Assembly (NCBI GenBank): GCA_023381565.1
Contig: JAMCRR010000096.1
Coordinates: forward strand, 61,942-125,941
Length of the DNA stretch: 64,000 bases
Origin: Chloroflexota bacterium
Lineage (GTDB): Bacteria > Chloroflexota > Anaerolineae > Anaerolineales > Anaerolineaceae
Reading direction: 5' to 3'
Part shown: piece by piece, positions 54,298-64,000 of the stretch
How the letters are laid out: the number at the start of each line of letters is the position of its first letter
Position numbering within the stretch: position 1 is the first letter of the stretch
Position numbers and translations under genes: made by a program
The notes under the pieces: generated by a model
Seen by the model: only the letters and a program-made list of their open reading frames with translations
What the model was told of the DNA's origin: nothing
The model's database searches: none

Positions 54298-54930
54298 ATG
54301 GTTGGCGAAGGAATCATCAAGGGACTGGCGGTAACATTCAAACACTTTGTCGATACTTATCTGGACGACTTGCGCTGGTTAGGAAAGCGGTATAACACTC
54401 CAGAGGGGATCGAACACCGCATGAGCTCCAAGGCAGAGGGTATTTTCACCATTCAATATCCTGAGGAAAAGCTGCCTACACCGGAGGAATTCCGCTTTAT
54501 CCCCATGCTGATCTACGATGTGGGTGAAAGCGGAGAAAAGATCGACCGCTGCACATCATGTGGCATCTGCGCTAAAGTATGCCCGCCTCAATGCATCTGG
54601 ATCGTGCGTTCAAACGATCCGGTGACCGGCAAACCGATTCCCAGTCCGGCAGAGTTCCATATCGATATTGACGTGTGCATGAACTGCGGGCTGTGCGCTG
54701 AATACTGCCCCTTTGATGCCATAAAGATGGACCATAATTATGAAATTGCTTCGTATAATCGTTTTGTAACCAATATTTACGATAAAGAGCACCTATCAAA
54801 ACCCGCTTCTTACTACGCTTCGATCCGTCCGGTAAACTACGCTTCAGAACAAGCAGCCAAGGCGGAAAAAGAAGCGGCGAAAGCTGCAGCGCGCAAACCT
54901 GTAGAAAGCGCTGCGCCTAAGGTTGGATAA
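54298..54930 (+). CDS. nuoI: NADH-quinone oxidoreductase subunit I (2x[4Fe-4S]) with Lys/Ala-rich tail
   Basis: It has two ferredoxin motifs, CTSCGICAKVCP and CMNCGLCAEYCP, and the tail EQAAKAEKEAAKAAARK. Confidence 0.9.
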   Translation: MVGEGIIKGLAVTFKHFVDTYLDDLRWLGKRYNTPEGIEHRMSSKAEGIFTIQYPEEKLPTPEEFRFIPMLIYDVGESGEKIDRCTSCGICAKVCPPQCIWIVRSNDPVTGKPIPSPAEFHIDIDVCMNCGLCAEYCPFDAIKMDHNYEIASYNRFVTNIYDKEHLSKPASYYASIRPVNYASEQAAKAEKEAAKAAARKPVESAAPKVG

Positions 54931-55263
54931 ATGTTTAATTCCGACACTGAATTATTGTTTCCTTCACGGGTGATATCTGAATTAGGGAATTTGAGGGGGG
55001 CGGAATGGCAGGAGTTGGTTGAAAAGATAGATTCCTTACCCCCGGATCACCCGGACCACCTGGCGTTTGTTTTGATGATGATCCGGCTGGGGGGGTGTTT
55101 ATCCTGCAACGCCGATTCTTTTCGGGCGATGCGTGGCTGTACCCAATGCGCCCGGCAGACCATCCGGCGGTTCAGGGGGAATGACCAAGATCTGGTCGAG
55201 CAATTCAAGGAAGCCCAGAGAGAGATCGAACGGAATCTCCTCAAACACGAAAAAGAGGCATAA
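54931..55263 (+). CDS. hypothetical 110-aa protein with CxxC-X10-CxxC motif
   Basis: Its ATG abuts the nuoI TAA. It contains the motif [23 protein letters not shown]. It ends 7 nt before the Mrp start. Confidence 0.5.
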   Translation: MFNSDTELLFPSRVISELGNLRGAEWQELVEKIDSLPPDHPDHLAFVLMMIRLGGCLSCNADSFRAMRGCTQCARQTIRRFRGNDQDLVEQFKEAQREIERNLLKHEKEA

Positions 55264-55270
55264 AAGAAAG

Positions 55271-56353
55271 ATGGGAAATTCACAAATTACCCAGGAGAAT
55301 ATCCTGGCTGTATTAAGCAAAGTCATTGAACCCGAGCTACACCGCGACCTTGTTTCGTTACACATGGTCCGCAATATCCAGGTCAATGGGGAAGCAGTCA
55401 GCTTCTCCATTATGCTGACTACCCCGGCCTGCCCGCTGCGAGGGAAGATCGAAGAAGAAGCCCGCCAGGCCGTTCTGGCTCTGCCGGGGGTGAAAAAGGT
55501 GGATGTCAAACTCGAATCCACGGTTCCCAACGATGGCCGCGAACGCGGCTTGCTGCAGATGCCGGTAAAGAATATGGTGGCAGTCGCCTCCGGGAAAGGC
55601 GGAGTGGGTAAGAGCACGGTTGCCGTTAACATCGCCGCTGTACTGGCGCAAAGCGGCGCCAGGGTTGGTTTGCTGGACGCCGATATTTACGGCCCGAACG
55701 TACCGACGATGATGGGTGTGAGCGCCCTGGGCCCGCAGAAAGCCGGGAAGCTGGTTCCCCCTGTAGCTTATGGGGTCAAATTGATGTCGATAGGGTTTCT
55801 AACCAAACCAGGCCAGCCGTTGATCTGGCGCGGACCGATGCTGCATTCCGCGATCCGGCAGTTCTTGTCCGACGTGGATTGGGGCGAGCTGGATTATCTG
55901 GTGATCGACCTGCCCCCGGGCACAGGAGATGCCCAATTAAGCCTGGCACAATCAGTTCCGCTTAGCGGGGGTGTGATCGTAACCCTGCCGCAGCAGGTCT
56001 CATTGGAAGACGCCAGCCGGGCGCTGGCAATGTTCAGGGAACTCAACGTGCCCGTCCTGGGCGTGGTCGAAAATATGAGCTATCTGGAGCTACCCGACGG
56101 CCAGCGCATGGATGTCTTTGGCAGTGGAGGCGGCGAAAGGCTGGCTCTTTCGGCAGGGGTCCCCTTCATTGGCTCGATCCCATTAGATCCCGCCGTGCGC
56201 CTGGGCGGCGATGATGGGAAACCTGTGGTGCTTTCTGCGCCTGATTCAGCCTCTGGACGCGCACTTCGCCAAATCGCCGAATCGGTAGCTGCCAAAATCA
56301 GCGTGGCTGACCTGCAAGGCGGCGCCGGGTATACCATCAAAATGGTTGATTAA
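55271..56353 (+). CDS. Mrp/NBP35/ApbC-family P-loop ATPase with N-terminal DUF59 (MIP18) domain, lacking the CxxC cluster-ligand motif
   Basis: It has a DUF59 domain ([16 protein letters not shown]...TTPACPL) and a deviant Walker A ([11 protein letters not shown]). At the position of the usual ENMSxxxCxxCG it reads [19 protein letters not shown]. The only Cys in the protein lies in DUF59. Confidence 0.85.
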   Translation: MGNSQITQENILAVLSKVIEPELHRDLVSLHMVRNIQVNGEAVSFSIMLTTPACPLRGKIEEEARQAVLALPGVKKVDVKLESTVPNDGRERGLLQMPVKNMVAVASGKGGVGKSTVAVNIAAVLAQSGARVGLLDADIYGPNVPTMMGVSALGPQKAGKLVPPVAYGVKLMSIGFLTKPGQPLIWRGPMLHSAIRQFLSDVDWGELDYLVIDLPPGTGDAQLSLAQSVPLSGGVIVTLPQQVSLEDASRALAMFRELNVPVLGVVENMSYLELPDGQRMDVFGSGGGERLALSAGVPFIGSIPLDPAVRLGGDDGKPVVLSAPDSASGRALRQIAESVAAKISVADLQGGAGYTIKMVD

Positions 56354-56374
56354 CCAAGGTGTTATAATCTGGAA

Positions 56375-57289
56375 ATGATTGAACAAACAATTGCCGGCAT
56401 CCGCTTTTCTAAAGTCGGGAAGATTTACCATTTCGACGCCAGCAAAATCTCTGATTTGCGCATTGGTGAATACGTGGTCGTCGAGACAAGTCGGGGCTGG
56501 CAGCTTGGGCATGTCGCGGAGTTAATTCCAGATCCACCCCCGCCTCCTGAAGGGGGCTGGAAACCAGTTGACCGGCGGGCGAATCCCCGGGATCTGCTGA
56601 TGCGCCAGATGTGGCAGAATAAAGAGGCAGAGGTTCTCATCAACTGCAGCAGTCGCGCAAAAGAGTTGGGGCTCAAGGGAGTCAAATTCATTTCTGCAGA
56701 ATTTAGTTTCGACGGCTCTCGCCTGACAATTTTTTACAACAGCGAGACTGAAGAAAAAGTCGACCTGAAATCACTGCGCTCCGATATGCAAAGGAAGAAT
56801 TCACCGGCGCAGGTCGAGGTACGTCAAATTGGACCGCGTGATGTCGCCAAACTGCTGGGGGGCATGGGCGCCTGCGGCCTGGAAACACGCTGCTGCTCGC
56901 GTTTCCTGATGGAATTCAGCTCGATCTCGATCCGCATGGCTAAAGAACAGGGTATTTCTCTGACGCCGTCCGAAATTACCGGTATGTGCGGCCGGCTGCG
57001 CTGCTGCTTAATTTATGAATACGAACAATATGTTACCGCTCGGCAGCAGCTTCCAAAACGGAATAAAAGGGTGATCACCCCTCAAGGAGAAGGTAAGGTG
57101 GTGGATGTGATCCCCTTACGAGAAAGGGTGATTGTTGAATTGCCGGAGGTCGGCCTGCGGGAATTCGGCAAAGAAGAGATCAAACCCTGGGAAGAGTACG
57201 AGGCTCTCCGTCAGAAAGCTGAAAATCCCTGCGATAACCAGGAAAATGGGAACTGCAACTGCCTTCCTGCCAATGGAAAACCCGGATAA
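56375..57289 (+). CDS. PSP1 domain protein (RicT/YaaT-like)
   Basis: It has a PSP1 C-terminal domain with a Cys cluster (MGACGLETRCCSRFL...GMCGRLRCCLIYE). Confidence 0.8.
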   Translation: MIEQTIAGIRFSKVGKIYHFDASKISDLRIGEYVVVETSRGWQLGHVAELIPDPPPPPEGGWKPVDRRANPRDLLMRQMWQNKEAEVLINCSSRAKELGLKGVKFISAEFSFDGSRLTIFYNSETEEKVDLKSLRSDMQRKNSPAQVEVRQIGPRDVAKLLGGMGACGLETRCCSRFLMEFSSISIRMAKEQGISLTPSEITGMCGRLRCCLIYEYEQYVTARQQLPKRNKRVITPQGEGKVVDVIPLRERVIVELPEVGLREFGKEEIKPWEEYEALRQKAENPCDNQENGNCNCLPANGKPG

Positions 57290-57345
57290 GCATCGGCAAG
57301 AAAAATCCGATTTTACCGCCCAGAAATCGATTCAGACAACCGCAT

Positions 57346-58524
57346 ATGGAATCTCTCGTTAGTGAAGCTAACCGTTTATTTGAGACCACGCGCACCATCC
57401 GCCGTGACCTGCACCGGCACCCCGAGCTTCAGTATAAAGAAGCGCGCACTGCCGGAGTGATCACAAATGAATTGAACAAACTTGGCCTGGATGTCACCGG
57501 TGGGGTTGCCAAAACCGGTGTTGTTGCAATCCTGGAAGGCGCCCAGCCGGGTCCGACGACTTTGCTGCGCTTCGATATGGATGCACTCCCGATTCAGGAA
57601 GAAACCGGAGCAGAGTACGCCTCGCAAACCCCGGGCGTGATGCACGCCTGCGGCCACGATGGCCACATAGCCATTGGTCTGACCGTAGCGCGCATATTGA
57701 GCGAGCACAGGTCTGACCTGCATGGGAAGATAAAATTGGTGTTCCAGCCTGCCGAAGAAGGCGGTAACGGCGCGCAAGAGATGATGGCAGCTGGTATCCT
57801 GCTCGATAATCCGAAGCCGGACCATGCGTTGGCCTTGCATTTGTGGAATGAAAAACCTGTCGGCTGGTTAGGGATTGTCCCTGGGCCACTGATGGCTGGC
57901 GCCGATACATTCACCATCCGAATTCGAGGGGTTGGCGGTCATGGAGCCTTACCACAGCAATCTATCGACCCTGTACTGGCGTCAGCGCAAATCATCACTG
58001 CACTGCAGAGCATCGTTTCCAGAAACATCTCTCCGGTTGAGACGGCTGTGCTCAGCGTAACGCGCTTTCTGGCGGGAGAAACTTTCAATGTCATTCCCTC
58101 GGAAGCCATCTTGAATGGGACAATCCGCACATTCGAAAAAGATGTCCAGAAAGAGGTTCACCACCGCATGAAACAGATTGTCGAAGGGGTCGCCATGGCG
58201 TTTGGCTGCAAAGCGGAGGTCGAGATTGAGACGGTAACGCCACCCGTCGTTAACGATGCGGAGACTGCGAGGCGTTTGCAAGAACTGGCAAGACGAGATT
58301 TCTCGCAGGTCCGTCTGAATACGGACATTCAAACCATGGTCTCCGAGGACATGGCATTTATTTTGCAGCAAGTGCCAGGAGTGTACTTTTTGGTGGGCTC
58401 CGCGAACCCTGAAAAAGGGTTGAATTTTGGACACCACCACCCACGTTTTGATTTCGATGAGGCTGCTCTGCCCCTGGCATCGGCTTTTATGAGTGCGGCT
58501 GCCATCGAACTATCAAAGGATTAG
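57346..58524 (+). CDS. M20D-family amidohydrolase (N-acyl-amino-acid amidohydrolase/hippurate hydrolase-like)
   Basis: It carries the motifs IRRDLHRHPELQYKE, MHACGHDGH and FQPAEEGGNGA. Confidence 0.85.
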   Translation: MESLVSEANRLFETTRTIRRDLHRHPELQYKEARTAGVITNELNKLGLDVTGGVAKTGVVAILEGAQPGPTTLLRFDMDALPIQEETGAEYASQTPGVMHACGHDGHIAIGLTVARILSEHRSDLHGKIKLVFQPAEEGGNGAQEMMAAGILLDNPKPDHALALHLWNEKPVGWLGIVPGPLMAGADTFTIRIRGVGGHGALPQQSIDPVLASAQIITALQSIVSRNISPVETAVLSVTRFLAGETFNVIPSEAILNGTIRTFEKDVQKEVHHRMKQIVEGVAMAFGCKAEVEIETVTPPVVNDAETARRLQELARRDFSQVRLNTDIQTMVSEDMAFILQQVPGVYFLVGSANPEKGLNFGHHHPRFDFDEAALPLASAFMSAAAIELSKD

Positions 58525-58526
58525 GG

Positions 58527-59414
58527 ATGTCTACACAACCAGCCGATTCTTCGAAAGAGCAATATATTCTGGGAGATCTAAGCCAGCCCCCGGAGAGGGT
58601 TGTCTCGCTGGTTCCATCTCTCACCGAGAGTTTCTTCGACCTGGATATCGGGAAGTATCTCGTTGGGGTGACGGATTACTGCACCCGCCCTGGAGACCAG
58701 ACGAAAGACCTGCCTCGCGTAGGAGGTCCGAAGGATGCGCGCCTTAAAGATATTCTTGCGTTAAATCCCGATTTGGTGCTGGCGTGCCAGGAAGAGAATT
58801 CACCCGAGCTGGTCGACCGTTTACGCCAGGCCGGCATTTACGTATGGGTGATCTTCCCGCAAACGGTGAAACAATCTCTGGACGTTTTGTGGAATCTGAA
58901 TACTCTCTATCAGAACGAATTGGGGAAAATGCGCCTGCACATGATTGAGATTGCCCTGGATTGGGCGCAGCAAGCAGCCGAGAGCCACGCCGCCTGGCGC
59001 TATTTCTGCCCGATTTGGATGGATGAATCCCAAAAAGACGAGCCTGCCTGGATGACTTTCAATGCGGAAACGTATCCCGCCGACCTGTTGGGTGCCTTGG
59101 GGGGAGAAAACGTATTTGCCAACCGCCGGCGTATCCCTGAATCAAGCCAGGGGTCAGGCGCATCAGAAGAGATCGACACCCGCTACCCCTGGGTGACCTG
59201 CGACGAGATTCGCAAAACTGCCCCCGAGGTCATCCTGCTCCCGGATGAGCCGTATGCATTTACCCAGGTCCATCGTGAACAGATTAGGGAGCTGTTCGCC
59301 GATACCCCTGCAGTGCGAGATGACCGGATAATTTTATGCGACGGAAGCCTGATCACGTGGTATGGCACCCGGCTGGCGCACGCCATCGCAGAGCTGCCTA
59401 ATTTGATCTTTTAG
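58527..59414 (+). CDS. BtuF/TroA-like (class III periplasmic-binding-fold) protein without signal peptide
   Basis: The sequence RVVSLVPSLTESFFDLDIGKYLVGVTDYC...NPDLVLA matches the cobalamin/siderophore-binding fold. The N-terminus is hydrophilic (MSTQPADSSKEQY). Confidence 0.65.
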   Translation: MSTQPADSSKEQYILGDLSQPPERVVSLVPSLTESFFDLDIGKYLVGVTDYCTRPGDQTKDLPRVGGPKDARLKDILALNPDLVLACQEENSPELVDRLRQAGIYVWVIFPQTVKQSLDVLWNLNTLYQNELGKMRLHMIEIALDWAQQAAESHAAWRYFCPIWMDESQKDEPAWMTFNAETYPADLLGALGGENVFANRRRIPESSQGSGASEEIDTRYPWVTCDEIRKTAPEVILLPDEPYAFTQVHREQIRELFADTPAVRDDRIILCDGSLITWYGTRLAHAIAELPNLIF

Positions 59415-59542
59415 ATCAAATGGTGGTAGAATTTGTTATGAATGAATAGCGATGAGGCTCGCAAAATGTCCAATTGGACTGATAGCCCCTACTGGCAAAT
59501 CGATGCGGTAGAGGCTTTTTATTTTTCTGGAGCAGATGACCT

Positions 59543-60307
59543 GTGGCTTTCGCACTCTCGATAACTCACCTGCAAGATTCGCTGAAGAAACCCGGCTGCC
59601 CTGCTTGCCGCCAGTATCGCGAAACTGCCGAGCACGCCATGGAGAGTTTCTTGTGGGAAAACGTAAACGATCCAGAAGCCCGTGGGGAAATTATGGCTGC
59701 TTACGGCTTCTGCCCAGAGCATACCCGGCTTTTTGTCGCTGCCGAGCTGTCAAACAGCGGGATCGTGCTAGGGGTGAACATCGTTTACGAGCATCTGGGG
59801 CGTTTGGTCAGCCAGGAGCTCCAGGATCTAGCAGGGCATAATTGGACACCCGGCGGGATGGGAAACCTGCTGGCTAGCTTGGGATTCAAAGGGAAGGTCT
59901 CTTATCCAGCAACGATCCTGATGCCGAAAGGGCAATGCCCGATCTGTGAGACTGCAGAAAAGGGAGCCCTGGAAAGCCTGGCGACACTATTCGAAGAGCT
60001 CGAACAAGGGAGCCAAGAGCTGTTGGATGCATACCGGTCATCGGAGGGGTTGTGTCTGGCACACCTGCGCATAGCCACTGGACATTTTTCAAACCGGCAC
60101 CCTCGGGCTGCGAAAGTCATCTTTACTGACACGATCGAACGTCTGAACAGGCAGTCTGAGCTAATGAAAGAGTACATTCGTAAGAACAATTGGGCATACC
60201 GGGATGAAAAGTTGACCCAGGACGAAGCGAATGCCTGGAGAAAAGCCCTGGCTTTTTTTACCGGCTATCCGGGCTCGCTTTTTACCAACCAGGTGGAGAA
60301 ATACTAG
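59543..60307 (+). CDS. hypothetical Cys-rich protein (two CPxC motifs)
   Basis: The start is GTG, 10 nt after GGAG. It contains CPAC...CPEH and CPIC...CLAH motifs, suggesting metal binding. The family is not confidently recognised. Confidence 0.5.
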   Translation: MAFALSITHLQDSLKKPGCPACRQYRETAEHAMESFLWENVNDPEARGEIMAAYGFCPEHTRLFVAAELSNSGIVLGVNIVYEHLGRLVSQELQDLAGHNWTPGGMGNLLASLGFKGKVSYPATILMPKGQCPICETAEKGALESLATLFEELEQGSQELLDAYRSSEGLCLAHLRIATGHFSNRHPRAAKVIFTDTIERLNRQSELMKEYIRKNNWAYRDEKLTQDEANAWRKALAFFTGYPGSLFTNQVEKY

Positions 60308-60319
60308 AGGGAAACCAGG

Positions 60320-60946
60320 ATGACGAGAATCTTATTGGTCCGTCACGGCCAAACTGAATGGAACCGCATCGAACGTTTCCGCGGTCGCATCGACGTCCCG
60401 CTGAACGAAACAGGTATTGCCCAGGCGGAGAAAACAGCTCGGAGAATTGCCGGGGAATGGAAGCCGGCTGCTATCTATTCCAGTCCCCTCGAACGCGCGA
60501 TGCGAACAGCGGAAATGATAGCGGTTAAATTCGATATCTCCGTCCAGTCTAGTGCAGGGTTGAATGACATAAACTATGGGGAATGGCATGGGCTAACACC
60601 GGAGGAAGCGCAGACCAGGTGGCCGGAGATTTACTCAGCCTGGATGCATGCGCCTGATCAGGCGCGCATCCCTGGTGGAGAAACGCTCGAGGATCTTCGC
60701 CTGCGGGGGATGGCAGCCATCGAGGAGATGATCCGCAACCATCCCGGAGAGACCGTCGCCGCCGTCGGTCATACGGTGATCAACCGGGTAATCTTGCTGG
60801 CCATCCTGGGGTTGGGAAACGACCGCTTCTGGCGCATCCACCAGGATAACTGTGCCATCAATGTATTTGACTCGGACGGGATTGATTTTGACCTGCTGTC
60901 GCTCAACGACACCTGCCATCTCCGGATGGATTTTCAAGCGCTGTGA
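60320..60946 (+). CDS. histidine phosphatase family protein (PGM/CobC-like)
   Basis: It has the RHG catalytic motif (LLVRHGQTEWN) and a downstream GHTV motif. Confidence 0.85.
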   Translation: MTRILLVRHGQTEWNRIERFRGRIDVPLNETGIAQAEKTARRIAGEWKPAAIYSSPLERAMRTAEMIAVKFDISVQSSAGLNDINYGEWHGLTPEEAQTRWPEIYSAWMHAPDQARIPGGETLEDLRLRGMAAIEEMIRNHPGETVAAVGHTVINRVILLAILGLGNDRFWRIHQDNCAINVFDSDGIDFDLLSLNDTCHLRMDFQAL

Positions 60947-60952
60947 AAGATT

Positions 60953-61495
60953 TCAACCCCTGAGCTTCTCCAGCCAGGTGGCAAGATGTTTATGCCTGGA
61001 TGTAGGCTCTAGCTGAACTGGGTCGGAACCAGGAGAGGACAAGTCTTGTTGATCTACTCGGTTCATAAGCTGCGCATTTTCCTGCTTGAGGCGATCTACC
61101 TCAGCGTGGAGCTGGTCGATTTCTTCTCGCTGCCGTTTTACCACATTAGATAGACCGACCCGTTCGGTATTGACTGCCCCTGTCGAAAGCTCCCAGGATT
61201 CGTTGGCCTGCTGTAGCTCGGACATGCGGAAGCGTGTTGCAGCCAGGCGTGATTCGGTTTCGACAAGCCGGGCGATTAATTGATGTATCTCCTTCTCTTT
61301 CGACTCCGGATCCGTTTCCGATAAGATCTTGCTGCTCCGCAGGTAGCCCATTCCAGCTCCTAATAACAGGCGCAAGCCTTCCTCGTATTCCCAACCCTGC
61401 CTGGAAATAAATTGGTATAGATCATTTGCCACGTCCTCTGTTACATGCACCTCAAGCTTGCCCGGTTGTGGGGTTAGACTCGTATATTCGTCCAT
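60953..61495 (-). CDS. hypothetical coiled-coil protein
   Basis: ATG 61495 lies directly after the upstream stop. It has heptad-rich segments (EIDQLHAEVDRLKQENAQLMNRV). Confidence 0.45.
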   Translation of the reverse strand: MDEYTSLTPQPGKLEVHVTEDVANDLYQFISRQGWEYEEGLRLLLGAGMGYLRSSKILSETDPESKEKEIHQLIARLVETESRLAATRFRMSELQQANESWELSTGAVNTERVGLSNVVKRQREEIDQLHAEVDRLKQENAQLMNRVDQQDLSSPGSDPVQLEPTSRHKHLATWLEKLRG

Positions 61496-61497
61496 TA

Positions 61498-61893
61498 TTA
61501 CACATTCCCTTTTTCCTGTATCTCTACCCATAAATCGTTCGCCAGGCGCTGTACCAGAGTTGAAGGATGCCCTTGAGCTTTCTTGATCAGCGCTAAACCT
61601 TCCGGACCATCAATTTTCGTAGCCGCCTGGAGAACGGATTTTTGTGTGAAATAATTTGTATTTTCTTCAAATAATATGGCTTCTAGCTCGGGGAGGGCGG
61701 CAACGCTTTTGATCTCCCCGAGGAGATTAATTGCCATGATGCGGTTATCCTGAACCGGGTGATGAAGAGAAAGCAGTAATTTGTGTTCATAGTCCAGCTC
61801 GGAATATTCATAGAGCTCGTAACCGCAAGCCGGGCATTTTCCCATTTTCTCCTTCAATATCGCCCAGCAATTTGGACAAAAATACGTAATCAT
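61498..61893 (-). CDS. zinc-ribbon + HEAT-repeat protein
   Basis: It has an N-terminal CPNC...CPAC ribbon followed by a HEAT-like repeat (RIMAINLLGEIKSVAALPELEAIL). Confidence 0.55.
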   Translation of the reverse strand: MITYFCPNCWAILKEKMGKCPACGYELYEYSELDYEHKLLLSLHHPVQDNRIMAINLLGEIKSVAALPELEAILFEENTNYFTQKSVLQAATKIDGPEGLALIKKAQGHPSTLVQRLANDLWVEIQEKGNV

Positions 61894-61992
61894 GGCTGAT
61901 CCGATTCTTGCCAAAGAGGTTCAGCATCCTGGAATGAGATTGCCACTTCAATGTATTCGTTCCACCCCATTGGATTTGGCACAGATTATCCT

Positions 61993-63766
<1,774 letters not shown>

Positions 63767-63815
63767 CGAATTTCCAAATACAGCCTTTGCATGGCTTGAT
63801 CCTGTGGAAACCTTC

Positions 63816-63998
63816 TTAGCCTGCTGATTCAGGTTGCCCACGCCGTGTGCGCAAAGCGACGGATAAGAACCAAGGTATGGCAGCCAGTTGGAGCAGGACC
63901 GAAAAAGCTATCAACGCCGGGATGGAAATAGTGTATAGATATCCAATCGCTGCGCTGCCCAAGAACCAGAAGATACCATAACCAGCGGTGAACAAGCC
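63816..63998 (-). CDS. C-terminal fragment of a polytopic membrane protein (transporter-like), 5' end outside window
   Basis: This frame is not in the ORF track because it lacks a start in the window. The minus-strand frame reads GLFTAGYGIFWFLGSAAIGYLYTISIPALIAFSVLLQLAAIPWFLSVALRTRRGQPESAG*, giving two hydrophobic helices and a basic tail. Confidence 0.5.
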   Translation of the reverse strand, partial: GLFTAGYGIFWFLGSAAIGYLYTISIPALIAFSVLLQLAAIPWFLSVALRTRRGQPESAG

Positions 63999-64000
63999 GT

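Noticed and set aside
59536-59841. A 101-aa ORF from ATG 59536 overlaps the start of the Cys-rich protein gene.
   Set aside because: Its translation is Arg/Pro/Cys-rich and lacks any motif. The overlapping GTG 59543 frame extends 254 codons with coding-like composition and CPxC motifs.

Overview
The window is a gene-dense, moderately GC-rich bacterial chromosomal segment. I recognised no rRNA, tRNA, CRISPR array, transposase, integrase or prophage genes. The protein families suggest a Chloroflexota (Anaerolineae-like) genome, but that is inference from family recognition only. I support about 65 protein-coding genes. Main blocks, in order: (1) 4.0-10.6 kb, a co-directional Ser/Thr signalling cluster: Hanks kinase with a PQQ-like propeller, PP2C phosphatase, J-domain/vWA fusion, zinc-ribbon FHA protein, small ORF, orphan OmpR regulator and Hsp20. 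(2) 11.4-18.6 kb, an ordinary minus-strand housekeeping run: TIM-barrel protein, dgkA, ybeY, pgpH-like 7TM-HD, yqeY, comEA, DUF1385 and an M20 peptidase. (3) 19.6-39.5 kb, the most interesting region. It carries the marker set of selenium-dependent molybdenum hydroxylases (ssnA, ygfM-like, xdhD-like, xdhC, yqeB, a yqeC-mocA fusion and a second mocA) and encodes two paralogous xanthine-dehydrogenase-family enzymes with unusual domain fusions. A coenzyme F420 block (FNO, cofE, cofD, cofC, PPOX-class and LLM-class enzymes) splits it, and a CBS-pyrophosphatase and a small overlapping 2-TM ORF are embedded in it. (4) 39.46-41.7 kb, a promoter, a glmS-ribozyme-like leader with an insertion, and glmS. 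(5) 42-50 kb, an orphan pentahaem cytochrome and an envelope-type cluster: two BNR/Asp-box propellers and two polytopic GT-C-like membrane proteins. (6) 50.0-51.0 kb, a decayed multi-PAS histidine kinase. (7) 51.1-57.3 kb, a SufR-like regulator with a palindromic operator and consensus promoter, then an orphan nuoB-nuoCD-nuoI module coupled to a Cys-rich small ORF, a CxxC-less Mrp/NBP35 ATPase and a PSP1/RicT protein. (8) 57.3-64.0 kb, mostly ordinary genes including enolase. All family assignments come from motifs read in the supplied translations; no database search was run.
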